Shown piece by piece: positions 40,043 through 50,427 of a DNA stretch of 64,000 bases (its first letter is position 1; the number at the start of each line of letters is the position of its first letter). The notes beneath the pieces were generated by a model, which saw nothing but the letters and a program-made list of their open reading frames with translations, was not told the origin of the DNA and ran no database searches. The translations under genes and the position numbers were made by a program. Source of the DNA: an uncultured Nitrososphaerota archaeon (GTDB lineage: Archaea; Thermoproteota; Nitrososphaeria; Nitrososphaerales; CADDZS01). The stretch is taken from assembly GCA_963799845.1 (NCBI GenBank), contig CAWCYI010000006.1, positions 352,001 to 416,000 of the forward strand. Reading direction: 5' to 3'.

Positions 40043-40489
40043 ATGACAATGGAAATAGACGATGATCAGAACACTAGGTTTGTCAGGAGACTGGCGCTAA
40101 AAGTCAAGGAAGGCCAGGCTCAGGATTTCCTTTCAGCCGTCAGAAACGAGCTGTTGCCTCGGACGAAGAACTTCCATGGATTGAGACGATTGTACGTCCT
40201 GAAATCCGATGTCTCCCCCTCCGAATACGTTATGCTTTCTTTCTGGAATGACAAGGAGGATGCTGACACGTACCGGAGTTCAGACACGTTCATCGCGAAT
40301 TCAAACACGATCAGGGAATTCTTGGAATCGGATCCTATGCTCTCGCAATTTCACATCGAGGCTCATCACGTCAACTCCGATGAACTCGCTCCGCCAAAGG
40401 CAGCGTTGAAACGAATCAGGGTCAAAAAATCAAGTCCAAGGAAGCCTGCTTCTCACAAGTCTTCCCGAAAAAAAAGTAGGAGACGGTAG
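40043..40489 (+). CDS. ABM-like (dimeric alpha+beta barrel) protein with basic C-terminal tail
   Basis: VKEGQAQDF, GLRRLYVL, YVMLSFW...EDAD.Y. Confidence 0.65.
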   Translation: MTMEIDDDQNTRFVRRLALKVKEGQAQDFLSAVRNELLPRTKNFHGLRRLYVLKSDVSPSEYVMLSFWNDKEDADTYRSSDTFIANSNTIREFLESDPMLSQFHIEAHHVNSDELAPPKAALKRIRVKKSSPRKPASHKSSRKKSRRR

Positions 40490-40697
40490 CTCCCTCCAGA
40501 CTTCGGAATCTAGTAGAGATTTGGGAGCGTTTTCGGAAAACGGTAAATTAAGCCGGCTTGGAGATCATGCACGGATTGAAATTAAGGGTCGCCATGCGTT
40601 TTCATAGTACGCGCTATAATAGAAAAGGAAGGAATTGAGAATAACCATGAAAAAAAGAGAATCAATGAGATATCGTTTCTCCTCAAGCGGCGTAATC

Positions 40698-41873
40698 ATG
40701 TCCACGAAGGCACTCGTCGCCGTAGTTGCGGTTGTTGCGCTTTTGCTAGCACTGACTCTGGTGGGCTTCTCCAGTTCCTCCAGTTCATCGCCAACGACCA
40801 CGGTCACAACCACCCAGACCATTTCTGACGCCTTTACAAAAACTATCAGCGTTGGTGGTGGAAACCAAACAAACCTCGGAATTAATCCTGAACAGATCTA
40901 CTCAAACACAAATGAGAGCCTGGTTACCCTGCAGGGCACTCAGGTAACAAACGACGGATTCGGTGCAGTTCCCGAAGTCGTGTTGGGATCAGGTTTCGTC
41001 ATAAATGCTTCAAACTCTTACTATATCGTGACAAACTACCATGTCGCCGGCGCGACCTCCAACCTTACAGTGACTTTTACTGACGGTGATTCATACTCCG
41101 CAAAGGTCATCGGATCAGATCCTTACAGTGACCTCGCTGTTGTTTCAGCATCGGGCGTCCCCGCTTCGGAGTACCATCCGCTCACTTTGGTTTCCTCATC
41201 GTCTCTTGAGGTTGGTCAGTACGTGCTTGCGATTGGAAACCCCTTCGGGCTTTCCGGTTCGATGACCTTTGGAATCATCAGCCAACTAGGAAGGACAATC
41301 CAGGACCCAACGGCGGGTAATTTCAGTATCGCAGGAGCGATTCAATTCAGCGCGCCGATAAATCCGGGCAACTCCGGTGGCGTGCTTTTGGATAGCAACG
41401 GATTCGTCGTAGGAATTACTACCGCTGTCGTGAGTGGTTCGCAGGGCGTCGGCTTTGCAATTCCATCTGACACAATAATTCGAGAGCTGCCGTACCTGAT
41501 ATCGTCAGGGTCTTACAATCTGCATTCGTATCTCGGGATTGGCGGTGTCGACATGAGTTACCAGTTTGCGAACGCGTCGGGCACGACTTTTACCTATGGG
41601 GTACTGATTGAATCAGTTATCCCCGGGGGACCCGCTGCAAGCGCGGGCCTCAGAGCTGGGACGACGACAGTTACTGTCGACGGCACTCCTTACTCCGTCG
41701 GGGGAGACATCATCGTCTCAATTAACGGAACCAAAATCATCAACAACGATGCCCTCGCTTCATATCTGGTGGAGTACACGATTCCGGGTCAGACTATAGT
41801 CGTGGGTATCATAAGAAATGGAGTCTCGACGAGCGTGAACGTTGTGCTCGGGACTCGCCCACCGCTGAGCTAG
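40698..41873 (+). CDS. Membrane-anchored HtrA/DegP-like serine protease with PDZ domain
   Basis: GSGFVI, TNYHV, SDLAVV, AIGNPFG, INPGNSGG, GDIIVSING. Confidence 0.93.
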   Translation: MSTKALVAVVAVVALLLALTLVGFSSSSSSSPTTTVTTTQTISDAFTKTISVGGGNQTNLGINPEQIYSNTNESLVTLQGTQVTNDGFGAVPEVVLGSGFVINASNSYYIVTNYHVAGATSNLTVTFTDGDSYSAKVIGSDPYSDLAVVSASGVPASEYHPLTLVSSSSLEVGQYVLAIGNPFGLSGSMTFGIISQLGRTIQDPTAGNFSIAGAIQFSAPINPGNSGGVLLDSNGFVVGITTAVVSGSQGVGFAIPSDTIIRELPYLISSGSYNLHSYLGIGGVDMSYQFANASGTTFTYGVLIESVIPGGPAASAGLRAGTTTVTVDGTPYSVGGDIIVSINGTKIINNDALASYLVEYTIPGQTIVVGIIRNGVSTSVNVVLGTRPPLS

Positions 41874-41953
41874 TGGACGCCCGATAAAGAAAATCGATGA
41901 GTTACTATCGGCCTAGTAAGCAATATATCACCGGTGAGGCATCTCATCTAACC

Positions 41954-42211
41954 ATGAAGCCAGCGAAGATTGCGGCTATAGCGGTTGGAATAGTGTTGGT
42001 TCTCCTCGGTACGGCATTTGCACTTCAGGGAGATGGAATAATCGGAGGGAGCAGTCTGATGGATAATAATTCGAACTTCATCTACATCGGTTCTTTGGTT
42101 GCTGTCGTCGGCCTTGTGATAATCGCATTTGGACTACGCATCTCTTCTCCAAAATCCGCGGCAAAAACTCCGCAGCCAGAACTGCCGCAGAAATCGCAAG
42201 GCCCCACTTAG
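41954..42211 (+). CDS. Small two-TM membrane protein
   Basis: Two hydrophobic helices flanking LQGDG.IGGS.LM. Confidence 0.65.
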   Translation: MKPAKIAAIAVGIVLVLLGTAFALQGDGIIGGSSLMDNNSNFIYIGSLVAVVGLVIIAFGLRISSPKSAAKTPQPELPQKSQGPT

Positions 42212-42255
42212 ACTGTCACTGGACGTTGAGAGTGCGCGAACCGATTTCAGATCTT

Positions 42256-43251
42256 CTAACTGCCGAATACGACCTTGTCTTTCTGCGACTTTGGCTTGCG
42301 CAGAAGGCTGTAAAGAAGCGCCTTCTGTGTGTGCAGTCTATTTTCGGCTTCTTGCCAGACTACGGATTGCAACCCGTCAATCACCGAGCTAGTGACTTCC
42401 TCTCCTCTGTGAGCCGGCAGACAGTGCATGAAAATAGCGTCCGGCTTTGCGAGCGCCATTAACGAGTCATTCACCTGGTACTCTGGGAGAAAGTCATCGA
42501 GCCTATGCTCTTTCTCCTGATCTTCTCCCATTGAGACGAATGTGTCAGTCACAACGACATCCGCATTTCTCGCAGCTTCCTGCGGAGACTGGATTACCTC
42601 AATTCTAGATCCACTGAACTGGGATTGATTCTTGGCTTTGTCAAGCGCCTGGGGCAAAGGACCGTATTTCTTCGGGCAGGCCACGGTCATGTTCGCGCCG
42701 GAAAGCGCGGCGCCGATCAGGAGTGAATTGCACACATTGTTTCCATCACCTATCCAGGCGATATCGAGACCCTTCAGTTTTTTCTTGATTTGCTTCATGG
42801 TGAGAAAATCCGCGAGTGCTTGGCACGGATGATAGAGATCAGAAAGAGCGTTTATGACGGGAATGTTCGAAGCGGTGGAGAACCTTTCCAGCGTCTCGTG
42901 GGAATAGACGCGGGCCGCAATCGCCTGGCAGAACCCGGAAAGCACTCTGGCCGTATCCTCGGGAGTTTCTCCGCGGGAAATCTGCATCTCTTTGGAATTC
43001 AGGACTACGGCGTGACCTCCAAGTTCAAACATCCCAACTTCAAAGGAGACACGAGTACGCGTACTCGGTTTTTCAAACAGCAGAGCCAGAGAGGTGCCGG
43101 GAATCTGGTGAACGAATTTTCTTTGCGCTCGTTCAGCCTTTAGGATTTCAGCCAGATGCAGGATAGAGCGGAATTCAGACGAGGACAGCTCATCGAGAGA
43201 GAGTAGATCCTTCGAGAAACTCGATCGAATGTCGGATGCCTGGCTCGTCAT
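42256..43251 (-). CDS. argF: Ornithine carbamoyltransferase
   Basis: STRTR, HPCQ, GDGNN, SMG, HCLP, AENRLH; start overlaps the upstream stop (ATGA). Confidence 0.96.
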   Translation of the reverse strand: MTSQASDIRSSFSKDLLSLDELSSSEFRSILHLAEILKAERAQRKFVHQIPGTSLALLFEKPSTRTRVSFEVGMFELGGHAVVLNSKEMQISRGETPEDTARVLSGFCQAIAARVYSHETLERFSTASNIPVINALSDLYHPCQALADFLTMKQIKKKLKGLDIAWIGDGNNVCNSLLIGAALSGANMTVACPKKYGPLPQALDKAKNQSQFSGSRIEVIQSPQEAARNADVVVTDTFVSMGEDQEKEHRLDDFLPEYQVNDSLMALAKPDAIFMHCLPAHRGEEVTSSVIDGLQSVVWQEAENRLHTQKALLYSLLRKPKSQKDKVVFGS

Positions 43252-43946
43252 TTGGGAATTACTCCTTTTTGTCGTTTCTTTGTCTTCAATCGACACTCGG
43301 AAATCAGATCCGTCAGGGACGAAAACGTTCTCGCAACTTCGTCCATCCTGATCACGATTATCGTATCGGTGAAACAGCTTACGGTGTCCTCGATGTTAAC
43401 GTGGTTTTCTGCAATCTTGGTGTAGATAGACAGCACTACTCCCGGCGTGCGCACGATTTCTGTAGGGCTGTGAACAATTATCGCAGCGAGATCGGATTGC
43501 TCGTCAAGGACGTCGTCATCGTTAAACTTTTTGTGAATCTCCTCCAGAAGCTTCTGGTCGAAAATCATTGTTATCGCGGAGTTGCTCTCGGAAACTTGGA
43601 GAAACTCCTCCTGATAGCTAGCCATCACGTTCCGCGCAGATTCAAGCGCCCTCTTACTCTTGTCCAGATTCAATTTGGCAACATCGGTTCTCACATTGAC
43701 GACACTGCGGGCCAGGACGCTCTCTATGCCGCCCTCGCTTAATTGAAATCTTGGCTTTATTCTCTTGACGGAAGTAATGAGAGAATCGAAATTAACCTTG
43801 TGCCCTAAATCCTTCTCGACCTTGGGCTTTATGAGACGCGCAATCGCAGTATAATTGCCATACTTTCTGCTGAGCGCATCTTGGAGTGAAAGATCGTTTT
43901 CTATCACTCCTTTCACCACTTTAGATATCGAAATGGCATTGACCAA
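43248..43946 (-). CDS. Helical N-domain plus tandem ACT-like domain protein, candidate regulator
   Basis: Helical N-region NYTAIARLI; C-terminal ACT-like TPGVV..I...IAE..VNI.D.VSC.TD.IIV; coupled to argF, divergent from argG. Confidence 0.65.
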   Translation of the reverse strand: MVNAISISKVVKGVIENDLSLQDALSRKYGNYTAIARLIKPKVEKDLGHKVNFDSLITSVKRIKPRFQLSEGGIESVLARSVVNVRTDVAKLNLDKSKRALESARNVMASYQEEFLQVSESNSAITMIFDQKLLEEIHKKFNDDDVLDEQSDLAAIIVHSPTEIVRTPGVVLSIYTKIAENHVNIEDTVSCFTDTIIVIRMDEVARTFSSLTDLISECRLKTKKRQKGVIPK

Positions 43947-43950
43947 TACG

Positions 43951-43996
43951 GGTCATCAATGACTATTACCGTTAATTGTGACCGGAAGTTATAAAA
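43951..43996. promoter_or_regulatory. Divergent arg promoter with imperfect inverted repeat
   Basis: GGTCATCAAT-N14-ATTGTGACC (43951-43983); TTATAAAA (43989-43996) readable as a TATA box on both strands. Confidence 0.45.
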
Positions 43997-44035
43997 GCCT
44001 ATTGCTAGGAATAATTCTGCGCGATTTAAGAAAAA

Positions 44036-45289
44036 TTGGCCGATAAAGTTGTACCAGCTTATTCTGGAGGACTGGATACTTCCGTCTCAATAAAATGGAT
44101 CAAAGAGAAATACGGGCTGGACGTAGTCACTTGCACTGTTGACGTTGGCCAGCAAGAAGATCTTTCCGGAATTGGCGAGCGAGCTAGGGAAATCGGCGCC
44201 GTTAATCACTATCAATTAGACGCGAAAGACGAATTCGCGAAGGATTTTGTGTTTCCGAGCATAAAGACAAACAGCCTTTACGAAGGTTCATATCCCCTCG
44301 GTACTGCGCTCGCTCGTCCACTGCTCGCAGAGAAGCTCGTCAACGTAGCGGAAAAAGAAGGAGCGGTCGCAGTTGCGCACGGATGCACCGGAAAGGGAAA
44401 CGATCAGGTGCGCTTTGATGTCACAGTCAAGGCGATGAATCCTGACCTGAAGATCATCGCTCCCGTAAGGGAGTGGAACATGAATCGTCAAGATGAGATA
44501 AAGTACGCCCAGAAAAATCACATTCCAATAAAAGTTAGCAACTCCATCTTCTCAATAGACCAGAATCTCTGGGGTCGCTCCATAGAATCGGGACCATTAG
44601 AAGACCCATTCGTCGAACCGCCGGAGGAGGCGTTCGAGTGGTGCGTCTCGGCGAAAAATGCGCCTGACAGGCCAGAGTATCTAGAGATTGAATTCGAAAA
44701 GGGAGTTCCAATCGCTGTGGATGGAAAAAAGTCCCCTCCAGTAGAGCTGATTCGCTATGTAAACCAGAAGGCGGGTTTGAATGGATTCGGAATCGTTGAC
44801 CACGTTGAGGATCGTCTGGTCGGAATAAAATCAAGAGAAGTGTACGAATGTCCTGCCGCTCTCACTCTGATCGGAGCACACAAAGATCTTGAAAAGCTCG
44901 TTCTCACTAGACACGAGCTTTCATTCAAATCGAAAGTGGAAGAGGAGTGGTCGTGGCTAGTTTATTCCGGGTTGTGGATGGAACCATCCCGACTTGCGCT
45001 TGATGCCTTCGTTAACACTACGCAGGAGCGAGTAAACGGAACCGTGCGGGCAAAATTCTACAAGGGAGGCATGCTGATTGTCGGGAGAAAGTCTGAAGAT
45101 TCGCTCTATCAGCACAAACTTTCAACTTACGACCGCACGTCAACCTTCGACCAGAACGCCGCTGTTGGATTCATCGAACTGTGGGGCCTTCCTTCGAGGG
45201 TAGCGAGCGAGAAAATTTCAGGGATTGGCAAAAAGAAAAAAGCGCCTCTTCAGGTCGTCAAGGCTCCCGGCCCGAAGAAAAAATCGTGA
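44036..45289 (+). CDS. argG: Argininosuccinate synthase
   Basis: AYSGGLDTS, HGCTGKGNDQVRF, SIDQNLWGRSIE, KSREVYE. Confidence 0.97.
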   Translation: MADKVVPAYSGGLDTSVSIKWIKEKYGLDVVTCTVDVGQQEDLSGIGERAREIGAVNHYQLDAKDEFAKDFVFPSIKTNSLYEGSYPLGTALARPLLAEKLVNVAEKEGAVAVAHGCTGKGNDQVRFDVTVKAMNPDLKIIAPVREWNMNRQDEIKYAQKNHIPIKVSNSIFSIDQNLWGRSIESGPLEDPFVEPPEEAFEWCVSAKNAPDRPEYLEIEFEKGVPIAVDGKKSPPVELIRYVNQKAGLNGFGIVDHVEDRLVGIKSREVYECPAALTLIGAHKDLEKLVLTRHELSFKSKVEEEWSWLVYSGLWMEPSRLALDAFVNTTQERVNGTVRAKFYKGGMLIVGRKSEDSLYQHKLSTYDRTSTFDQNAAVGFIELWGLPSRVASEKISGIGKKKKAPLQVVKAPGPKKKS

Positions 45290-45349
45290 TGCTGAGAAAT
45301 CCTCACCGTCGAATCAGTGCAAAGTTGTATCCGCCGGTAGAAGGGGAAC

Positions 45350-46918
45350 TTGTCTATGACAAAAACATCAACTCAGGGATTGGAATTGAAATCTAAAGAA
45401 AAGAACATCCTTCACGAGGGCCGATTAGGTTCCTACTCCGCCACAGCGGCAAAATACACCTCGTCCATTGATATTGACGGTCGATTGCTTAGCTCGGTGA
45501 TTCAGATCAATGAAGCCCACGTGATTATGCTCGCGGAGCAAGGAGTGATTGATCTGAAACACGCTAGGGATCTCTTAGGAGCTTTTGGAAAGATTCCAAA
45601 AGACCTTGAAATGAAAGACGATCTTGAGGACGTGCACATGAACGTCGAGCATTTAGTGATCTCGAAGATCGGGAAGGACGCCGGTGGAATGATGAATCTA
45701 GCAAAGAGCCGCAACGACCAGGTTGCCACGGCACTTAGGATGACGCTGCGGGAACAACTAATCTTCCTCGGAGAGTCGATGGTAGCTCTTGAAAATTCGC
45801 TCCTCGCACAGGCTGCAAAACACGCTGACACGATAATCCCTGGTTACACCCACCTACAAAGAGCGCAACCAATAACTCTTGGTCACCAGATGCTAGCATA
45901 CTTTGATTCACTGGACCGTGACTTTGCCAGACTGGTCGATTGTTACCTCAGGACTGACCTTTCTCCGATGGGTTCGGGCGCGCTGGCCTCGACGGGTTTT
46001 CCGATCAGCAGGGAACGAATAGCCGAGCTTTTGGGATTCGAATCAATCCTTGAAAATTCCCTTGATGGCGTTTCATCCAGGGATTTTGCGAGCGAGGCGA
46101 TTTATCTATGCGCTCAGACAATGGTAGATCTGAGCCGATTAGCTGAGGAAATAATCCTCTGGACGACCAAGGAATTTTCCTACGCCGAAATCTCCGACGC
46201 TTTCTCTTCTACCTCTAGCATGATGCCACAAAAGAAGAACGCTATCGTGCCAGAAATATTTAGGGCAAAGACGAGCCAGGTGCTCGGTGATTTAATGGGA
46301 GCGATGGGTCTTCTAAAGTCACTGCCGCTTAGTTACAATTTAGATCTACAAGAACTCACGAGAAATCTCTGGAGCGCAACAGACAAGACAGTCTCGTCAG
46401 TTTCGATCTTTTCAGAACTGATGGGCGAAATAGAATTCAACACCAAGAACATGCTCGAATCCACCACTTCTGATGAATTTCTTTTTGCGACCGAGCTCGC
46501 GGACTACATGGTCCATAAATTCGAGGTTCCGTTTCGCGAAGCTCATTCCAGAGTGGGAAAACTAGTCAGGTTCGCGGCAGAGAAGGGGAACGCGGGTGCT
46601 CAATTCACCAGTATTAAGCCCGATGTGTTATCTGAAATCCTGGGAGTAAATCTGAGCAGTGAAGATCTTTTGTCCATCACAAATCCCGCAAAGGTTCTCG
46701 CGAAAAGAAAAGCAATGGGCGCACCCAATCCCAAAATGGTGTCGGAAGCTGCCAGATCTCGGTTGAAGATTGTCGCAAAACATGTCGAGACCCTTGCTTC
46801 ATTCAAGAGGGGAATAGAAAATGGACGAGATCTCTTGATCTCCGCGGAAAGGAAAATCCAGGGATCAGTTCGCAATGAGGAAAGAAGAAGAAATTCGTTG
46901 ACGGAGGTGAAAGAGTAG
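45350..46918 (+). CDS. argH: Argininosuccinate lyase
   Basis: EDVH, SRNDQVAT, GYTHLQRAQP, SSMMPQKKN, YNLDLQE. Confidence 0.97.
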   Translation: MSMTKTSTQGLELKSKEKNILHEGRLGSYSATAAKYTSSIDIDGRLLSSVIQINEAHVIMLAEQGVIDLKHARDLLGAFGKIPKDLEMKDDLEDVHMNVEHLVISKIGKDAGGMMNLAKSRNDQVATALRMTLREQLIFLGESMVALENSLLAQAAKHADTIIPGYTHLQRAQPITLGHQMLAYFDSLDRDFARLVDCYLRTDLSPMGSGALASTGFPISRERIAELLGFESILENSLDGVSSRDFASEAIYLCAQTMVDLSRLAEEIILWTTKEFSYAEISDAFSSTSSMMPQKKNAIVPEIFRAKTSQVLGDLMGAMGLLKSLPLSYNLDLQELTRNLWSATDKTVSSVSIFSELMGEIEFNTKNMLESTTSDEFLFATELADYMVHKFEVPFREAHSRVGKLVRFAAEKGNAGAQFTSIKPDVLSEILGVNLSSEDLLSITNPAKVLAKRKAMGAPNPKMVSEAARSRLKIVAKHVETLASFKRGIENGRDLLISAERKIQGSVRNEERRRNSLTEVKE

Positions 46919-46922
46919 AGAA

Positions 46923-47096
46923 ATGGAAGCAAAGTGCCTAGAATGTGACGCAAACGTTCACGTCGAAGAGGACGCAGTCGTTGGAGAAATCATCACCTGT
47001 CCGGATTGCGGAGCTGATTACGAAGTTGAAGCTCTCAACGACGGGACTGTCACTATCAAAATTGCGGAGAGCGTAAAGGAGGACTGGGGAGAGTAA
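46923..47096 (+). CDS. lysW: Amino-group carrier protein LysW
   Basis: 57 aa, CLEC...CPDCG, C-terminal EDWGE; missed by the ORF track. Confidence 0.95.
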   Translation: MEAKCLECDANVHVEEDAVVGEIITCPDCGADYEVEALNDGTVTIKIAESVKEDWGE

Positions 47097-47987
47097 TTGA
47101 CCGAGAAAAAACCAATTGGAATATTGTATGACCGGGTAAGATGGGAGGAGAAAGAGCTCGGGCGCCAGCTCGAGATTAGAGGCATATCGTATGATATGAT
47201 CGACGCAAAGTCCCAGGTCTTGCCGTTGGACAATTCCGAGTTTTCTTCGCTCCCGGAAACTGTTCTGGTTCGATGCGTCAGTTTCTACCGCGGCCTCAAC
47301 GTTTCTTCCGTTTACGAAGCTCACGGAGTTCATACTGTGAATTCGAGCAAGATTCTTGATGTCTGCGGAAATAAGCTCCTCACAAGTCAGGTCCTGGCGA
47401 AGAACGGGGTTCCGACGCCTCGGACTGTCGTTGCCTTTTCTGTCGAATCCGCCATGCAGGCGGTGGATGAGATTGGATTCCCCTGCGTAATGAAACCAAT
47501 AGTCGGGAGCTGGGGCAGGCAGGTAGTTCCGATACGGGATCGCGAGACCGCGGAAGCTCTGATCGAGATGCGCGAGAATCTGAACGACTCGATGCAGACT
47601 ATATTCTACATTCAGGAGATGATCAAAAGGCCGCCGCGGGACATCCGCTGCGTCGCCGTCGGGGAGGAAATCGTAACATGTGTTTACAGATACGCAGCTG
47701 CCGAGAACTGGAAGACGAACGTTGCTCTGGGTGGACATTCGGAGCCATGCAAGGTTACACCAGAGCTGGAGGAGACAATTATGAAGACAGTGAAGATAGT
47801 CGGTCAAGGGGTACTGGGGATTGACCTTATGGAAAAGTCGAGTTCCGAATTTGTCGTCCATGAAGTAAACGGAACGGTCGAGTTCAAGGGAGCCCAGTCA
47901 GTGACCGATCAGAGCATCGCCGGCAGGATCGTAGACTACCTTGCTTCCGGTAGATCTAGACTGGAAAATCAAACCATTGACGCTTAA
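47097..47987 (+). CDS. lysX: LysX/ArgX-family ATP-grasp ligase (context favours ArgX)
   Basis: GSWGR, RDIR, WKTNVALGG, EVN..VEFK; follows lysW in the arg operon. Confidence 0.9.
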   Translation: MTEKKPIGILYDRVRWEEKELGRQLEIRGISYDMIDAKSQVLPLDNSEFSSLPETVLVRCVSFYRGLNVSSVYEAHGVHTVNSSKILDVCGNKLLTSQVLAKNGVPTPRTVVAFSVESAMQAVDEIGFPCVMKPIVGSWGRQVVPIRDRETAEALIEMRENLNDSMQTIFYIQEMIKRPPRDIRCVAVGEEIVTCVYRYAAAENWKTNVALGGHSEPCKVTPELEETIMKTVKIVGQGVLGIDLMEKSSSEFVVHEVNGTVEFKGAQSVTDQSIAGRIVDYLASGRSRLENQTIDA

Positions 47988-48030
47988 CTTCGAGTGCAAC
48001 TAATTGCCCTCGGGGAGAAATTTTTAATGT

Positions 48031-50427
48031 TTGAAAGGAATGGTTCGTTGTGATTTGTCATCCACGATCGTAAGGAGCGAGGCTGAGCTTTCCGAGCAGA
48101 AGATGGTTGGAAAGAACATCAAACCTCGAAAGGATCTTCAGCTTGTCAAGGGGGCCGGCACCTACACCGATGACATGAAACTGCCCAACATGGTGTACGC
48201 CGCTTTTTTAAGAAGTCCTTACGCTCACGCCAAAATCAGAAACATCGATGTTTCGAAAGCGCTCGAATTACCTGGAGTCGTGTACGTCCTAACTGGCCGT
48301 GAAACCGCCCGGCAACTGGTGACCTGGATGGTAAAGCCAGGATTAAGGACTCCAGAGCGACTATCTCTTGCAACGGACAAGGTAAGATTTGTCGGTGAAC
48401 CCGTTGTCGCCGTCGCTGCCATATCCCGAGGAATTGCGGAAGACGCTGTCGAGCTTGTGGAAGTCGATTACGAGCCGCTGAACGTAGTTGTTGATGCGGA
48501 AAAATCCCTGCAACCTGGAGCTCCTTTGCTTTACGAGGAGTGGGGAGATAACATAATTTTCCACGACGAGATGAAAAGCCCAGGTTCAGAACAGGCCTTC
48601 GAGGAGGCCGATTATGTTTTCAAAGAGAGGTTAGTGAGCAACAGATACTCGCCCACCCCGATGGAAACACGGGCAATGCTTGCAAGTTTTGACAAAACGG
48701 AGAATAAGCTTACAATTTACGCTTCGACTCAGTTTCCCCACGCTCTACGAACCTTCCTTGCCCAGACACTTGATTTTCCCGAGAACAAGATCAGGGTGGT
48801 AGCTCCTCACGTCGGCGGTGGTTTTGGCATAAAGTCCGCTGTCTTCCAGGACGAAGTTTCCACAGTGATTCTATCGATGAAACTCGGAAGACCGGTAAAG
48901 TGGTATGAGGATCGAAAGGAGCATCTCATGATCGCCGGCCATGAAAGACAGCAGGTCCACTACGTGGAGTGCGCGGTGAAGAAAGACGGAACATTGCTGG
49001 CGGTCAGAGACCGTGTGATTGCTGATTTTGGGGTCTCTGGGACTTTTTGGACCGAAGTTCAGCCTGCAATGCTGACGGTCGCTTCATTACCGGGCCCCTA
49101 CAAATTGAGGAACTATGATTTCGATCTCTGGTGTGTCGTAACTAACAAGGCCCCGTGCGGGCCTCACAGAGGATTTGGCAGGCCGGTCGCCGCATATGTC
49201 ATTGAAAGAATGATGGACATTATGGCAAAGAAACTTGGTCTGTCTCCTGTTGAAATCAGGATGAAGAACATGCTCGATTCGAAGGACCTGCCCTGGACAA
49301 CGCCGATCGGGGTTACGTATGATACCGGCAATTACAAAGAAGTTCTTCAAAGAACAATCAAACTCGCCGGCTACGAAAATCTCAGGAAGGAGCAAGATAA
49401 AGCAAAGCGAGATGGAAAGTTTATCGGCCTAGGGATCGCAACTTATGTTGAATATACCGCACCCTCTTCTTCAAGACTTCAGGGAGTGCTCGGTTGGGCG
49501 GTCGGGGGCTGGGAATCCTGCCACCTATCGGCCGACCCATCTGGAAAGATAACGGCGCAGCTTGGGATGGCAGGACAGGGTCAGCCTCACGAAACAATTT
49601 TCGCGCAGGTGATTTCCGATAACCTAGGGGTAAAATTCGACGATATACTTGTGGAGGAGGGCGACACTCAGCACGCGCCTTATGGATTCGGTGCATGGGC
49701 GAGCCGTGGTACCGTTACGACCGGCGGCGCTTGCATAAAGGCGTCCAGAAAACTACGGGACAAAATACTGTTGATCGGGGCCCAAATTCTAAAAGAGGTT
49801 CCTGAAGACCTGGAGATGAGGGAAAGCAAAATCTATTCCAGAGCTCATCCTGACAAGTCTGTTTCCTTCAGGGAAGTTGCGGATACTGCCCTAAGATTTT
49901 CCTCAAAACTCCCGGAAGGGATGGAACCTGGGCTGGATGTTATCTCATTTTACGAGCCTGACTCCCCAACCACTTGCAGCTACGCAACGCATCTTGTTCA
50001 GATCGATGTGGATCCGGAGACCGGACAGGTCAAACTCTTGAAATATTACATTGTAGACGATAGTGGCATTCTGATAAATCCGATGACCGCCCATGGGCAA
50101 GTTCATGGATCTTTAGCCCACGGGATTGGTGGGGCAATGTTTGAGGATCTCGTTTACGCAGATGACGGGCAGTTGCTATCCTCGACTTTCATTGACTACC
50201 TTCTTCCTACGGCAGGGGATATGCCGCAGGTGTTTGTCGACTCGATTGAGACCCCCTCCTTGACACTAGGAGGATTCAAAGGACTCGGGGAAGGTGCGGC
50301 CATTCCAACAGCGGGTGCGATTGCGAATGCAGTCGACGACGCGCTTTCAGCCTTCGGTGTCAAATTCTTGGAACTTCCGATAACGCCAGAGAAGATCAAG
50401 AACCTGATTTCGAGCAGGAAAGCCTAA
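48031..50427 (+). CDS. Xanthine oxidase-family molybdopterin-binding large subunit (CoxL/CutA-like)
   Basis: LRSPYAHA, VGGGFG.K, HRGFGR, GQ.HET, GQVHG..AHGIG, KGLGE. Confidence 0.9.
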   Translation: MKGMVRCDLSSTIVRSEAELSEQKMVGKNIKPRKDLQLVKGAGTYTDDMKLPNMVYAAFLRSPYAHAKIRNIDVSKALELPGVVYVLTGRETARQLVTWMVKPGLRTPERLSLATDKVRFVGEPVVAVAAISRGIAEDAVELVEVDYEPLNVVVDAEKSLQPGAPLLYEEWGDNIIFHDEMKSPGSEQAFEEADYVFKERLVSNRYSPTPMETRAMLASFDKTENKLTIYASTQFPHALRTFLAQTLDFPENKIRVVAPHVGGGFGIKSAVFQDEVSTVILSMKLGRPVKWYEDRKEHLMIAGHERQQVHYVECAVKKDGTLLAVRDRVIADFGVSGTFWTEVQPAMLTVASLPGPYKLRNYDFDLWCVVTNKAPCGPHRGFGRPVAAYVIERMMDIMAKKLGLSPVEIRMKNMLDSKDLPWTTPIGVTYDTGNYKEVLQRTIKLAGYENLRKEQDKAKRDGKFIGLGIATYVEYTAPSSSRLQGVLGWAVGGWESCHLSADPSGKITAQLGMAGQGQPHETIFAQVISDNLGVKFDDILVEEGDTQHAPYGFGAWASRGTVTTGGACIKASRKLRDKILLIGAQILKEVPEDLEMRESKIYSRAHPDKSVSFREVADTALRFSSKLPEGMEPGLDVISFYEPDSPTTCSYATHLVQIDVDPETGQVKLLKYYIVDDSGILINPMTAHGQVHGSLAHGIGGAMFEDLVYADDGQLLSSTFIDYLLPTAGDMPQVFVDSIETPSLTLGGFKGLGEGAAIPTAGAIANAVDDALSAFGVKFLELPITPEKIKNLISSRKA

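Noticed and set aside
30021-47861. Long alternative ORFs such as 30021-30671, 32313-32960 and 46938-47861
   Set aside because: Antisense shadows of well-supported genes, with no motifs
48031-50427. Aerobic CO dehydrogenase (form I CoxL)
   Set aside because: Lacks AYxCSFR and has no adjacent coxMS
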